NCBI RefSeq assembly: GCF_009914755.1
Contig: NC_060933.1
Source: the human T2T-CHM13v2.0 reference genome, Homo sapiens
DNA length: 64,000 nt
Strand: one strand, 5' to 3'
Positions 28,561 through 44,600 of this stretch are shown in pieces. The position numbers and the translations under genes are program-made. Numbering within the stretch: the stretch's first letter is position 1; each line of letters begins with the position of its first letter. The notes under the pieces are model-generated. The model saw nothing but the letters and a program-made list of their open reading frames with translations. It was not told where the DNA came from and made no database searches.

Positions 28561-31500
28561 GAATGGAATGGATTCAACAAGAATGGAATGGAAAGGAATG
28601 GAATCAACCCGAGTGTAATGGCATGGAATGGAACGGAATGGAATGGGATGGAATGGAATGGTATGGAATAGAATGGAATAGAATGAAATGGAATGGAATG
28701 GAACGGAATGGAATGGAATGCAATGGAATGGAATGAACCCGTGTGCAATGGAATGGAATGGAATGGAATGGAATGGATTCAACTCGAATGGAATCAACTC
28801 GATTGCAATGGAATGGAATGGAATTGAAAGGAATAGAATGGAATCAACACGAGTGGAATGGAATGGAAAGGACTGGAATGGAGTGGAATGGAATGGAATG
28901 GAATTAACACGAATAGAATGAAATGGAACGGAATGGAATGGAATGTAATGTAATGGAATGGAATGGAATCAACCCGAGGGCAGGGGAATGGAATGGAATG
29001 GAATGCAATGGAATGGAATCATCCGGAATGGAATGGAATGGAATGGAATGGAATGGAATGGAATGGAATGGAATCAACTCGATTTCAATGGAATGGAATG
29101 GAATAGAATGGAATGGAATTAACACGAATAGAATGGAATGGAATGGAATTGAATGGAACAGAAAGGAATGGAATGGAATGGAATGGAATCAACCCAAGTG
29201 CAGGGGAATGGAATGGAATGGAATTCAATGGAATGGAATCATCCGGAATGGAATGGAATGGAATGGAATGGAATGGAATCAACGCGAGTGCAGGGGAATG
29301 GAATGGAATGGAATGCAATGGAATGGAATCTTCCGGAATGGAATGGAATGGAATGGAATGGAATGGAATGGAATGGAATAAACCCGAGTGCAATGGAATG
29401 GAGTGGAATGGAATGGAATGGAATGGAACAACCCGAATGGAATGGAATGTAATGGAGAGTAAGGGAGTTGAATAGAGTCAATCCGAATGTAATGGAATGG
29501 AATGGAACGGAATGGAATTGAATGGAATGGAATGGAATGCAATGGAATGGAATCAACCCGAGTTCAATGGAATGGAGAGGAATGGAATGGAATGGAATGG
29601 AAACTACCCGAATGGAATGGAATGTAATGGAGTGTAAGGGAATTGAATAGAATCAATCCGAATGTAATGGAATGGAATGGAACGGAATGGAATGAAATGG
29701 AATGGAATGGAATGGAATGGAATGCAATGGAATGGAATCAACCCGAGTGCAATCGAATGGAATCGAATGGAAAGGAATGCAATGGAATGGATTCAACTTG
29801 AATGGAATGGAAAGAATGGAATCAACACGAGTGGAATGGCATGGATTGGAATGGAATGGAATGGAATCAACTCGAGTACAGGGGAATGGAATGGAATGGA
29901 ATGCAATAGAATGGAATCATCCGTAATGGAATGGAAAGGAATGGAATGGAATGGAATGGAATGGAATGGAATCAACTCGATTGCAATCGAATGGAATGGA
30001 ATGGAATTAAACCGAATAGAATGGAATGGAATGGAATGGAACGGAACGGAACGGAACGGAGTGGAATGCAATGGAATGGAATTGTATGGAATGGAATGGC
30101 ATGGTACGGAATAGAATGGAATGGAAAGAATTGGAATGGAATGGAATCGAATGGAATGGAATGGAATGGAATGGAATCAACCCGAGTGCAGGGGAATGGA
30201 ATGGAACGGAATGCAATGGAATGGAATCATCCGGAATGGAATGGAATGGAATGGAATGGAATGGAATGGAATGGAATGGAATCAACCCAAGGGCAATGGA
30301 ATGGAGTGGAATGGAATGGAATGGAATGGAACAACCCGAATGGAATGGAATGTAATAGACAGTAAGGGAGTTGAATAGAATCAATCCGAATGTAATGGAA
30401 TGGAACGGAGTGGAATGGAATGGAATGGAATGGAATGCAATGGAATGGAATCAACCCGAGTACAATGGAACGGAATGGAATGTAATGTAATGTAATGGAA
30501 TGGAATGGAATGGAATGGAATCAACCCAAGTGCAATGGAATGGAGAGGAATGGAATGGAATGGAATGGAAACTACCCGAATGGAATGGAATGGAATGGAG
30601 TGTAAGGGAATTGAATAGAATCAATCCTAATGGAATGGAATGGAATGGAACGGAATGTAATGTAATGGAATGGAATGGAATCAACCCCAGTGCAGGGGAA
30701 TGGAATGGAATGGAATGCAATCGAATGGAATCATCCGGAATGGAATGGAATGGAATGCAATGGAATGGAATGGAATGGAATCAACCCGAGTGCAATGGAA
30801 TGGAGTGAAATGGAATGGAATGGAATGGAAACAACCAGAATGTATTGGAATATAATGGAGTGTAAGGGAATTCAATAGAATCAATCTGAATGTAATGAAA
30901 TGGAATGGAACGGAATGGAATGGAATGGAATGGAATGGAATGCAATGGAATGGAATCAACCCGAGTGCAATCGAATGGAATCGAATGGAGTGGAATGCAA
31001 TGGAATGGATTCAACTTGAATGGAATGGAAAGAATGGAATCAACACGAGTGGAATGGCATGGATTGGAATGGAATGGAATGGAATCAACCCGAGTATAGG
31101 GGAATGGAATGGAATGGAATGCAATGGAATGGAATCATCCGTACTGGAATGGAAAGGAATGGAATGGAATGGAATGGAATGGAATGGAATGGAATGGAAT
31201 GATACGGAATAGAATGGAATGGAACGAAATGGAATGGAATGGAATGGAATGGAATGGAATGGAATGGAATGGAATGGAATGGAATGGAATGGAATCGTTC
31301 CTAGTGGAATAGGAGGGAATGTATTCGAGTGGAATGGAAAGAAATGGAATCAACCAGAGTGGAATGGAAGGGAATGGAATGGAATGGAAACTAATAGAAT
31401 GGAATCAACCCGAGAGGAATGGAATGGAAAGGACTGGAATGGAATGGAATGGAATGGAATCAACTCGATTGTAATGGAATGGAATGGAATGGAATGGAAT

Positions 31501-32539
31501 GGAATCAACCTGAGTACAATCGAATGGAGAGGAATGGAATGGAATGGAATGGAAACTACCCGAATGGAATGGAATGTAATGGAGTGTAAGGGAATTGAAT
31601 AGAATCAATCCGAATGGAATGGAATGGAATGGAACGGAATGTAATGGAATGGAATAGAATGGAATCAACCCGAGTGCAGGTGAATGGAATGGAATGGAAT
31701 GCAATGGAATGGAATCATCCGGAATGGAAAGGAATGGAATGCAATGGAATGCAATGGAATGGAATCAACCCGAGTGCAATGGAATGGAGTGAAATGGAAT
31801 GGAATGGAATGCAGACAACCAGAATGGATTGGAATATAATGGAGTGTAAGGGAATTGAATAGAATCAATCTGAAGGTAATGAAATGGAATGGAACGGAAT
31901 GGAATGGAATGTAATGGAATGGAATGGAATGCAATGGATTCAACTCGATTGCAATGGAATGTAATGGAATGGGATGGAATGGAATGGAATGGAATTAACC
32001 CGAATAGAATGGAATGGAATGGAATGGAACGGAATGGAACGGAATGGAATGTAATGGAATGCAATGGAATGGAATGGAATGGAATGGAATGGTATGGAAT
32101 GGAATGGAATGGTACGGAATAGAATGGAATGGAACGAATTGTAATGGAATGGAATTGAATGGAATGGAATGGAATGGAAGGGAATCAACGCGAGTGCAGG
32201 GGAATGTAATGGAATGGAATGCAATGGAATGGAATCATCCGGAATGGAATGGAATGGAATGGAATGGAATGGAATCAACCCGAGTACAGGGGAATGGAAT
32301 GGAATGGAATGCAATGAAATGGAATCATCCGTAATGGAATGGAAAGGAATGGAATGGAATGGAATGGAATGGAATGGAATGGAATGGAATGGAATCAACA
32401 CGATTGCAATCGAATGGAATGGAATGGAATTAACCCGAATAGAATGGAATGGAATGGAATGGAACGGAACGGAATGGAATGGAATGGAATGGAATGGAAC
32501 GGAACGGAATGGAATTGAATGGAATGGAATGGTATGGAA

Positions 32540-34680
32540 TGGAATGGAATGGAATGGTGCGGAATAGAATGGAATGGAACGAATTGTAATGGAATGGAAT
32601 TGAATGGAATGGAATGGAATGGAATGGAATCAACGCGAGTGCAGGGGAATGTAATGGAATGGAATGCAATGGAATGGAATCATCCGGAATGGAATGGAAT
32701 GGAATGGAATGGAATGGAATGGAATCAACCCGAGTGCAATGGAATGGAGTGGAATGGAATGGAATGGAATGGAACAACCCGAATGGAATGGAATGTAATG
32801 GAGAGTAAGGGAGTTGAATAGAATCAATCCGAATGTAATGGAATGGAATGCAACGGAATGGAATGGAATGGAATGGAATGGAATGCAAAGGAATGGAATC
32901 AACCCGAGTGGAATGGCATGGAATGGAATGCAATGGATTGGAATGGAATGGAATCAACTCGAGTGGAAAGGAATGGAATGGAATGGAAAGGAATGGAATG
33001 AAGTCAACTCGAGTGGAATGGAATGGAATGGAATGGATTGGAATGGATTGCAATGGAATGAAATGGAATGGAATGGAATGGAATCAATCACTCCGAGTGG
33101 AATGGAAGGGAATGTAATGGAGTGGAAAGAAGGGAATGGAATCAACCCGAGTGGAATGCAAGGCAATGGAATGGAATGGAAAGGAATGGAATGCAATCAA
33201 CTCGATTGCAATGGAATGGAATGGAATGGAATGGATTTAAGCGGAATAGAATGGAATGGAATGGAATGGAACGGAATGGAAAGAACACGAGTGCAGGGGA
33301 ATGGAATGGAATGGAATGCAATGGAATGTAATCATCCGGAATGGAATGGAATGGAATGGAATAAACTCCATTGCAATGGAATGGAATGGAATGGAATGGA
33401 ATAGAATGGAATGGAATTAACCCGAATAGAATGGAATGCAAAAGAATGGAATGCAACGGAACCGAATGGAGTGGAACGGAATGGAATGGAATCAACCCGA
33501 GTACAGGGGAATGGAATGGAATGGAATGCAATGGAATGGAGTCATCCGTAATGGAATGGAAAGGAATGGAATGGAATGGAATGGAATGGAATGGAATGGA
33601 ATGGAATGGAATCAACTCGATGGCAATCGAATGGAATGGAATGGAATTAACCCGAATAGAATGGAATGGAATGGAATGGAACGGAACGGAATGGAATGGA
33701 ATGGAATGGAACGGAACGGAATGGAATGGAATGGAATGGAATGGAATCAACGCGAGTGTAGGGGAATGGAATGGATTGGAATGTAATGGAATGGAATCAT
33801 AGGCAATGGATTCAACTCGATTGCAATGGAATGGAATAGAATGGAATGGAATGGAATGGAATGGAATTGAATGGAATGGAATTCCTTCAAACCGAATGGA
33901 ATGGAAAGGAATGGAATCAACAAGAGTGGAAAGGAATGGAATGGAAAGGAATGGAATGGAATGGAATGGTACGGAATAGAATGGAATGGAACGAACTGGA
34001 ATGGAATGGAATGGAATGGAATGGAATCGTTCCGAGTGGAATAGGCGGGAATGTATTCGAGTGGAATGGAAAGGATTGGAATCAACCAGAGTGGAATGGA
34101 AGGGAATGGAATGGAATGGAAACTAATAGAACAGAATCAAGCCGAGTGGAATGGAATGGAAAGGACTGGAATGGAATGGAATGGAATGGAATGGAATCAA
34201 CTCGATTGTAATGGAATGGAATGGAATGGAATGGAATGGAATGGAATGGTATGGAATTAACCCGAATAAAATAGAATGGAATGGAATGGAACGGAATGGA
34301 GTGGAATGGAATGGAATCAACCCGAGTGCAGGGGAATGGAATGGAATGGAATGCAATGGAATGGAATCAACCGGAATGGAATGGAATGGAATGGAATGCA
34401 AAGCAATGGAATCAACTCGATTGCAATGGAATGGAATGGAGTGGAAAGGAATAGAATGGAATCAACCCGAGTGTAATGGAATGGAAAGGACTGGAATGGA
34501 GTGGAATGGAATGGAATGGAATGGAATGGAATCAACTCGATTGGAATGGAATGGAATAGGATGGAATGGAATGGAATGGAATGGATTTAACCCGAATAGA
34601 ATGGAATGGAATGGAATTGAACGGAACGGAATGGAATGGAATGGAATGGAATGGAATGGAATGGAATGGAGTCAACCCGA
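32540..34680 (+). repeat. Older ~2.1 kb block with related copies at ~35050-36780 and ~47630-49760, and partial copies at ~62480-63450 and ~7330-8650
   Basis: The rare module GAAGTCAACTCGAG...ATCAATCA(T/C)TCCGAGT...GGAGTGGAAAGAAGGG...GCAAGGC occurs at ~33083, 35525, 48158 and 63017. It is followed by AACTCCATTG and GGAACCGAATGGAGT, and in the full copies by GTCATCCGT, CTCGATGGC, AGGCAATGGATT and TTCAAACCG. Confidence 0.78.
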
Positions 34681-35660
34681 CTGCCGGGGAATGGAATGGA
34701 ATGGAATGGAATGAAATGGAATGGAATGGAATGGAATGGAATGAAATGGAATGGAATGGAATGGAATGGAATGAAATGGAATGGAATGGAATGGAATGGA
34801 ATCATCCAGAACGGAATTGAATTGAATGGAATGGAATCAACTCGATTGCAATGGAATGGAATGGAATGCAATGGAATGGAATGGAATGGAATGGAATTCA
34901 CCCGAATAGAATGGAATGGAATGGAATGGAAAGGAATGGAAGGGAAGGAAATGGAATGTAATCAACCCGAGTGCAGGGGAATGGAATGGAATGGAATGCG
35001 ATGGAATGGAATCATCCGGAATGGAATGGAATGGAATGGAAAGGAATGGTATCAACCCGAGTGCAGGGGAATGTAATGGAATGGAATGCAATGGAATGGA
35101 ATCATCCGGAATGGAATGGAATGGAATGGAATGGAATGGAATGGAATCAACCCGAGTGCAATGGAATGGAGTGGAATGGAATGGAATCGAATGGCACAAC
35201 CCGAATGGAATGGAATGCAATGGAGAGTAAGGGAGTTGAATAGAATCAATCCGAATGTAATGGAATGGAATGCAACGGAATGGAATGGAATGGAATGCAA
35301 TGGAATGGAATGGAATGGAATGCAAAGGAATGGAATCAACCCGAGTGGAATGGCATGGAATGGAATGCAATGGATTGCAATGGAATGGAATCAACTCGAG
35401 TGGAAAGGAATGGAATGGAATGGAATGGAAAGGAATGGAATGAAGTCAACTCGAGTGGAATGGAATGGAATGGAATGGATTGGAATGGATTGCAATGGAA
35501 TGAAATGGAATGGAATGGAATGGAATCAATCATTCCGAGTGGAATGGAAGGGAATGTAATGGAGTGGAAAGAAGGGAATGGAATCAACCCGAGTGGAATG
35601 CAAGGCAATGGAATGCAATGGAAAGGAATGGAATGGAATCAACTCGATTGCAATGGAATG

Positions 35661-38600
35661 GAATGGAATGGAATGGAATTAATCGGAATAGAATGGAATG
35701 GAATGGAATGGAATGGAAGGGAATGGAATCAACAAGAGTGCAGGGGAATGGAATGGAATGGAATGCAATGGAATGGAATAATCCGGAATGGAATGGAATG
35801 GAATGGAATCAACTCCATTGCAATGGAATGGAATGGAATGGAATGGAATGGAATAGAATGGAATGGAATTAACACGAATAGAATGGAATGCAATAGAATG
35901 GAATGCAACGGAACCGAATGGAGTGGAATGGAATGGAATGGAATCAACCCGAGTACAGGGGAATGGAATGGAATGGAATGCAATGGTATGGAGTCATCCG
36001 TAATGGAATGGAAAGGAATGGAATGGAATGGAATGGAATGGAATGGAATCAACTCGATGGCAATCGAATGGAATGGAATGGAATTAACCCGAATAGAATG
36101 GAATGGAATGGAATGGAACGGAACGGAATGGAATGGAATGGAATGGAATGGAATGGAACGGAACGGAATGGAATGGAATGGAATGGAATGGAATCAACGC
36201 GAGTGCAGGGGAATGGAATGGAATGGAATGTAATGGAATGGAATCTTCCGGAATGGAATGGAATGGAATGGAATGGAATGAAAGGCAATGGATTAAACTC
36301 GATTGCAATGGAATGGAAGAGAATGGAATGGAATGGAATGGAATGGAATGGAATGGAATGGAATGGAATGGAATGCTTTCAAACCGAAAGGAATGGAAAG
36401 AATGGAATCAACACGAGTGGAAAGGAATGGAATGGAAAGGAATGGAATGGAATGGAATGGTACGGAATAGAATGGAATGGAACGAACTGGAATGGAATGG
36501 AATGGAATGGTATGGAATGGAATGGAATGGAATGGAATCGTTCCGAGTGGAATAGGAGGGAATGTATTCGAGTGGAATGGAAAGGAATGGAATCAACCAG
36601 AGTGGAATGGAAGGGAATGGAATGGAATGGAAACTAATAGAATGGAATCAACCCGAGTGGAATGGAATGGAAAGGACTGGAATGGAATGGAATGGTATGG
36701 AATGGAATGGAATCAACTCGATTGTAATGGAATGGAATGGAATGGAATGGAATGGAATGGAATGGAATGGAATTAACCCGAATAGAATGGAATGGAATGG
36801 AATGGAATGGAACGGAACGGAACGGAACGGAATGGAATGGAATGGAAAGGAAAGGAATGGAATGGAATGGAATGGAATCGAATGGAATGGAATGGAATCA
36901 ACGCGAGTGCAGGGGAATGGAATGGAATGGAATGCAATGGAATGGAAGCTTCCGGAATGGAATGGAATGGAATGGAATGGAATGGAATGGAATGGAATGG
37001 AATAAACCCGAGTGCAATGGAATGGAGTGGAATGGAATGGAATGGAATGGAACAACCCGAATGGAATGGAATGTAATGGAGAGTAAGGGAGTTGAATAGA
37101 GTCAATCCGAATGTAATGGAATGGAATGGAACGGAATGGAATTGAATGGAATGGAATGGAATGCAATGGAATGGAATCAACCCGAGTGCAATGGAATGGA
37201 GAGGAATGGAATGGAATGGAATGGAAACTACCCGAATGGAATGGAATGTAATGGAGTGTAAGGGAATTGAATAGAATCAATCCGAATGTAATGGAATGGA
37301 ATGGAACAGACTGGAATGGAATGGAATGGAATGGAATGGAATGGAATGGAATGGAATCAACCCGAGTGCAATCGAATGGAATCGAATGGAATGGAATGCA
37401 ATGGAATGGATTCAACTTGAATGGAATGGAATGAATGTAATCAACACGAGTGGAAGGGCATGGATTGGAATGCAATGGAATGGAATCAACTCGAGTACAG
37501 GGGAATGGAATGGAATGGAATGCAATGGAATGGAATCATCCGTAATGGAATGGAAAGGAATGGAATGGAATGGAATGGAATGGATTGGAATGGAATGGAA
37601 TGGAATGGAATCAACTCGATTGCAGTCGAATGGAATGGAATGGAATCAACCCGACTGCAGGGGAATGGAATGGAATGGAATGCAATGGAATGGATTCCAC
37701 TTGAATGGAATGGAAAGAATGGAATGGAATGGAATGGAATGGAATGGAATCAACTCGATTGCAGTCGAATGGAATGGAATGGAATTAACCCGAATAGAAT
37801 GGAATGGAATGGAATGGAACGGAACGGAACGGAACGGAACGGAATGGAATGGAATGGAATGGAATGGAACGGAAAGGAATGGAATGGAATGGAATGGAAT
37901 GCAATGGAATGGAATCAACGCGAGTGCAGGGGAATGGAATGGAATGGAATGCAATGGAATGGAATCATCCGGAATGGAATGGAATGGAATGGAATGGAAT
38001 GGAATGGAATCAACCCGAGTGCAATGGAATGGAGTGGAATGGAATGGAATGGAATGGAACAACCCGAATGGAATGGAATGTAATGGAGAGTAAGGGAGTT
38101 GAATAGAATCAATCCGAATGTAATGGAATGGAATGGAACGGAATGGAATTGAATGGAATGGAATGGAATGCAATGGAATGCAATCAACCCGAGTGCAATG
38201 GAATGGAGAGGAATGGAATGGAATGGAATGGAAACTACCCGAATGGAATGGAATGTAATGGAGTGTAAGGGAATTGAATAGAATCAATCCGAATGTAATG
38301 GAAAGGAATGGAACGGAATGGAATGGAATGGAATGGAATGGAATGGAATGGAATCAACCAGAGTGCAATCGAATGGAATCGAATGGAATGGAATGCAATG
38401 GAATGGAATCAACTTGAATGGAATGGAAAGAATGGAATCAACACGAGTGGAATGGCATGGATTGGAATGGAATGGAATGGAATCAACCCAAGTACAGGGG
38501 AATGGAATGGAATGGAATGCAATGGAATGGAATCATCCGTAATGGAATGGAAAGGAATGGAATGGAATGGAATGGAATGGAATGGAATGGAATCAACTCG

Positions 38601-41600
38601 ATTGCAATCGAATGGAATGGAATGGAATTAACCCGAATAGAATGGAATGGAATGGAATGGAACGGAACGGAATGGAATGGAATGGAATGGAACGGAACGG
38701 AATGGAATGGATGGAATGGAATGGAATCAACGCGAGTGCAGGGGAATGGAATGGAATGGAATGCAATGGAATGGAAACTTCCGGAATGGAATGGAATGGA
38801 ATGGAATGGAATGAAATGCAATGGATTCAACTCGATTGCAATGGAATGGAATAGAATGGAATGAAATGGAATGGAATGCAATTAATCCGAATAGAATGGA
38901 ATGGAATGGAATGGAACGGAATGGAACATAATGGAATGGAATGGAATGGAATGGTACGGAATAGAATGGAATGGAACGAATTGTAATGGAATGGAATTGA
39001 ATGGAATGGAATGGAATGGAATGGAATCAACGCGAGTGCAGGGGAATGTAATGGAACGGAATGCAATGGAATGGAATCATCCGGAATGGAATGGAATGGA
39101 ATGGAATGGAATGGAATGGAATGGAATGGAATCAACCCGAGTGCAATGGAATGGAGTGGAATGGAATGGAATGGAATGGAACAACCCGAATGGAATGGAA
39201 TGTAATGGAGAGTAAGGGAGTTGAATAGAATAAATCCGAATGTAATGGAATGGAATGCAACGGAATGGAATGGAATGGAATGGAATGGAATGCAATGGAA
39301 TGGAATCAACCCGAGTACAATGGAATGGAATGGAATGGAATGGAATGGAATGGAATGGAATGGAATGATACGGAACAGAATGGAATGGAACGAAATGGAA
39401 TTGAATGGAAAGGAATGGAACGGAATGGAATGGAATCGTTCCGAGTGGAATAGGAGGGAATGTATTCGAGTGGAATGGAAAGGAATGGAATCAACCAGAG
39501 TGGAATCGAAGGGAATAGAATGGAATGGAAACTAATAGAATGGAATCAACCCGATTGGAATGGAATGGAAAGGACTGGAATGGAATGGAATGGAATGGAA
39601 TGGAATGGAATGCCTTCAAACCGAATGGAATGGAAAGGAATGGAATCAACACGAGTGGAATGGAATGGAATGGAATGGAATGGAATGCAATGGAATGGAA
39701 TGATACGGAATATAATGGAATGGAACGAAGTGGAATGGAATGGAATGGAATGGAATGGAATGGAATGGAATGGAATGGAATCGTTCCGAGTGGAATAGGA
39801 GGGAATGTATTCGAGTGGAATGGAAAGGAATGGAATCAACCAGAGTGGAATGGAAGGGAATGGAATGGAATGGAAACTAATAGAATGGAATCAACCCGAT
39901 TGGAATGGAATGGAAAGGACTGGAATGGAATGGAATGGAATGGAATCAACTCGATTGTAATGGAATGGAATGGAATGGAATGGAATGGAATGGAATGGAA
40001 TTAACCCGAATACAATGGAATGGAATGGAAAGGAACGGAATGGAGTGGAATGGAATTGAATCAACCCGAGTGCAGGGGAATGGAATGGAATGGAATGCAA
40101 TGGAATGGAATCATCCGGAATGGAATGGAATGGAATGGAATGCAAAGCAATGGAATCAACTCGATTGCAATGGAATGGAATGGAATGGAAAGGAATACAT
40201 TGGAATCAACCCGAGTGGAATGGAATGGAAAGGACTGGAATGGAGTGGAATGGAATGGAATGGAATGGAATGGAATGGAATGGAATGGAATGAACTCGAT
40301 TGGAATGGAATGGAATGGAATGGAATGGAATGGAATGGAATGGAATGGAATTAACCCGAATAGAATGGAATGGAATGGCATGGAATGCAACGGAACGGAA
40401 TGGAATGGAATGGAATGGAATGGAATGGAATGGAATCAACCCGACTGCAGGGGAATGGAATGGATTGGAATGCAATGGAATGGATTCAACTTGATTGTAA
40501 TGGAAAGAATGGAATCAACACGAGTGGAATGTCATGGATTGGAATGGAATGGAATGGAATGAACCCGAGTACAGGGGAATGGAATGGAACGGAATGCAAT
40601 GGAATGGAATCATCCGTAATGGAATGGAAAGGAATGGAATGGAATGGAATGGAATGGAATGGAATCAACTCGATTGCAATGGAATGGAATGGAATGGAAT
40701 TAACCCGAATAGAATGGAATGGAATGGAATGGAACGGAAAGGAACGGAATGGAATGGAATGGAATGGAATGGAATGGAACGGAAAGGAATGGAATGGAAT
40801 GGAATGGAATGGAATGGAATGGAATGGAATGGAATGGAATCAACGCGAGTGCAGGGGAATGGAATGGAATGGAATGCAATGGAATGGAATCTTCCGGAAT
40901 GGAATGGAATGGAATGGAATGGAATGGAATGGAATGGAATCAACCCGAGTGCAATGGAATGGAGTGGAATGGAATGGAATGGAATGGAACAGCCCGAATC
41001 GAATGGAACGTAATGTAGAGTAAGGGAGTTGAATAGAATCAATCCGAATGTAATGGAATGGAATGGAAAGGAATGGAATTGAATGGAATGGAATGGAATG
41101 CAATGGAATGGAATCAACCCTAGTGCAATGGAATGGAGAGAAATGGAATGGAATGGAATGGAAACTACCCTAATGGAATAGAATGTAATGGAGTGTAAGG
41201 GAATTGAATAGAATCAATCCGAATGTAATGGAATGGAAAGGAATGGAATGGAATGGAATGGAATGGAATGGAATGGAATGGAATCAACACGATTGCAATA
41301 GAATGGAATGGAATGGAATTAACCCGAATAGAGTGGAATGGAATGGAATGGAACGGAACGGAATGGAATGGAATGGAATGGAATGGAACGGAACGGAACG
41401 GAACGGAATGGAATGGAATGGAATGGAATGGAATGGAATGGAATCAACGCGAGTGCAGGGGAATGGAATGGAATGGAATGCAATGGAATGGAATCTTCCG
41501 GAATGGAATGGAATGGAATGGAATGGAATGAAATGCAATGGATGCAACTCGATTGCAATGGAATGGAATAGAATGGAATGGAATGGAATGGAATGGAATT

Positions 41601-41615
41601 AACCCGAATAGAATA
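35661..41615 (+). repeat. Tandem duplication unit, copy 1 (~5955 bp)
   Basis: Rare variants recur at +5955, e.g. GAATTAATCG 35676/41631, GGAAGCTTCC 36944/42899, AATGGATGG ~38706/44661. ORF pairs are identical, e.g. 35729..36052 = 41684..42007 and 35903..36637 = 41858..42592. Confidence 0.93.
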
Positions 41616-44600
41616 GAATGGAATGGAATGGAATTAATCGGAATAGAATGGAATGGAATGGAATGGAATGGAAGGGAATGGAATCAACAAGAGTGCAGGG
41701 GAATGGAATGGAATGGAATGCAATGGAATGGAATAATCCGGAATGGAATGGAATGGAATGGAATCAACTCCATTGCAATGGAATGGAATGGAATGGAATG
41801 GAATGGAATAGAATGGAATGGAATTAACACGAATAGAATGGAATGCAATAGAATGGAATGCAACGGAACCGAATGGAGTGGAATGGAATGGAATGGAATC
41901 AACCCGAGTACAGGGGAATGGAATGGAATGGAATGCAATGGTATGGAGTCATCCGTAATGGAATGGAAAGGAATGGAATGGAATGGAATGGAATGGAATG
42001 GAATCAACTCGATGGCAATCGAATGGAATGGAATGGAATTAACCCGAATAGAATGGAATGGAATGGAATGGAACGGAACGGAATGGAATGGAATGGAATG
42101 GAATGGAATGGAACGGAACGGAATGGAATGGAATGGAATGGAATGGAATCAACGCGAGTGCAGGGGAATGGAATGGAATGGAATGTAATGGAATGGAATC
42201 TTCCGGAATGGAATGGAATGGAATGGAATGGAATGAAAGGCAATGGATTAAACTCGATTGCAATGGAATGGAAGAGAATGGAATGGAATGGAATGGAATG
42301 GAATGGAATGGAATGGAATGGAATGGAATGCTTTCAAACCGAAAGGAATGGAAAGAATGGAATCAACACGAGTGGAAAGGAATGGAATGGAAAGGAATGG
42401 AATGGAATGGAATGGTACGGAATAGAATGGAATGGAACGAACTGGAATGGAATGGAATGGAATGGTATGGAATGGAATGGAATGGAATGGAATCGTTCCG
42501 AGTGGAATAGGAGGGAATGTATTCGAGTGGAATGGAAAGGAATGGAATCAACCAGAGTGGAATGGAAGGGAATGGAATGGAATGGAAACTAATAGAATGG
42601 AATCAACCCGAGTGGAATGGAATGGAAAGGACTGGAATGGAATGGAATGGTATGGAATGGAATGGAATCAACTCGATTGTAATGGAATGGAATGGAATGG
42701 AATGGAATGGAATGGAATGGAATGGAATTAACCCGAATAGAATGGAATGGAATGGAATGGAATGGAACGGAACGGAACGGAACGGAATGGAATGGAATGG
42801 AAAGGAAAGGAATGGAATGGAATGGAATGGAATCGAATGGAATGGAATGGAATCAACGCGAGTGCAGGGGAATGGAATGGAATGGAATGCAATGGAATGG
42901 AAGCTTCCGGAATGGAATGGAATGGAATGGAATGGAATGGAATGGAATGGAATGGAATAAACCCGAGTGCAATGGAATGGAGTGGAATGGAATGGAATGG
43001 AATGGAACAACCCGAATGGAATGGAATGTAATGGAGAGTAAGGGAGTTGAATAGAGTCAATCCGAATGTAATGGAATGGAATGGAACGGAATGGAATTGA
43101 ATGGAATGGAATGGAATGCAATGGAATGGAATCAACCCGAGTGCAATGGAATGGAGAGGAATGGAATGGAATGGAATGGAAACTACCCGAATGGAATGGA
43201 ATGTAATGGAGTGTAAGGGAATTGAATAGAATCAATCCGAATGTAATGGAATGGAATGGAACAGAATGGAATGGAATGGAATGGAATGGAATGGAATGGA
43301 ATGGAATGGAATCAACCCGAGTGCAATCGAATGGAATCGAATGGAATGGAATGCAATGGAATGGATTCAACTTGAATGGAATGGAATGAATGTAATCAAC
43401 ACGAGTGGAAGGGCATGGATTGGAATGCAATGGAATGGAATCAACTCGAGTACAGGGGAATGGAATGGAATGGAATGCAATGGAATGGAATCATCCGTAA
43501 TGGAATGGAAAGGAATGGAATGGAATGGAATGGAATGGATTGGAATGGAATGGAATGGAATGGAATCAACTCGATTGCAGTCGAATGGAATGGAATGGAA
43601 TCAACCCGACTGCAGGGGAATGGAATGGAATGGAATGCAATGGAATGGATTCAACTTGAATGGAATGGAAAGAATGGAATGGAATGGAATGGAATGGAAT
43701 GGAATCAACTCGATTGCAGTCGAATGGAATGGAATGGAATTAACCCGAATAGAATGGAATGGAATGGAATGGAACGGAACGGAACGGAACGGAACGGAAT
43801 GGAATGGAATGGAATGGAATGGAACGGAAAGGAATGGAATGGAATGGAATGGAATGGAATGGAATGGAATCAACGCGAGTGCAGGGGAATGGAATGGAAT
43901 GGAATGCAATGGAATGGAATCATCCGGAATGGAATGGAATGGAATGGAATGGAATGGAATGGAATCAACCCGAGTGCAATGGAATGGAGTGGAATGGAAT
44001 GGAATGGAATGGAACAACCCGAATGGAATGGAATGTAATGGAGAGTAAGGGAGTTGAATAGAATCAATCCGAATGTAATGGAATGGAATGGAACGGAATG
44101 GAATTGAATGGAATGGAATGGAATGGAATGGAATGCAATCAACCCGAGTGCAATGGAATGGAGAGGAATGGAATGGAATGGAATGGAAACTACCCGAATG
44201 GAATGGAATGTAATGGAGTGTAAGGGAATTGAATAGAATCAATCCGAATGTAATGGAAAGGAATGGAACGGAATGGAATGGAATGGAATGGAATGGAATG
44301 GAATGGAATCAACCAGAGTGCAATCGAATGGAATCGAATGGAATGGAATGCAATGGAATGGAATCAACTTGAATGGAATGGAAAGAATGGAATCAACACG
44401 AGTGGAATGGCATGGATTGGAATGGAATGGAATGGAATCAACCCGAGTACAGGGGAATGGAATGGAATGGAATGCAATGGAATGGAATCATCCGTAATGG
44501 AATGGAAAGGAATGGAATGGAATGGAATGGAATGGAATGGAATGGAATCAACTCGATTGCAATCGAATGGAATGGAATGGAATTAACCCGAATAGAATGG

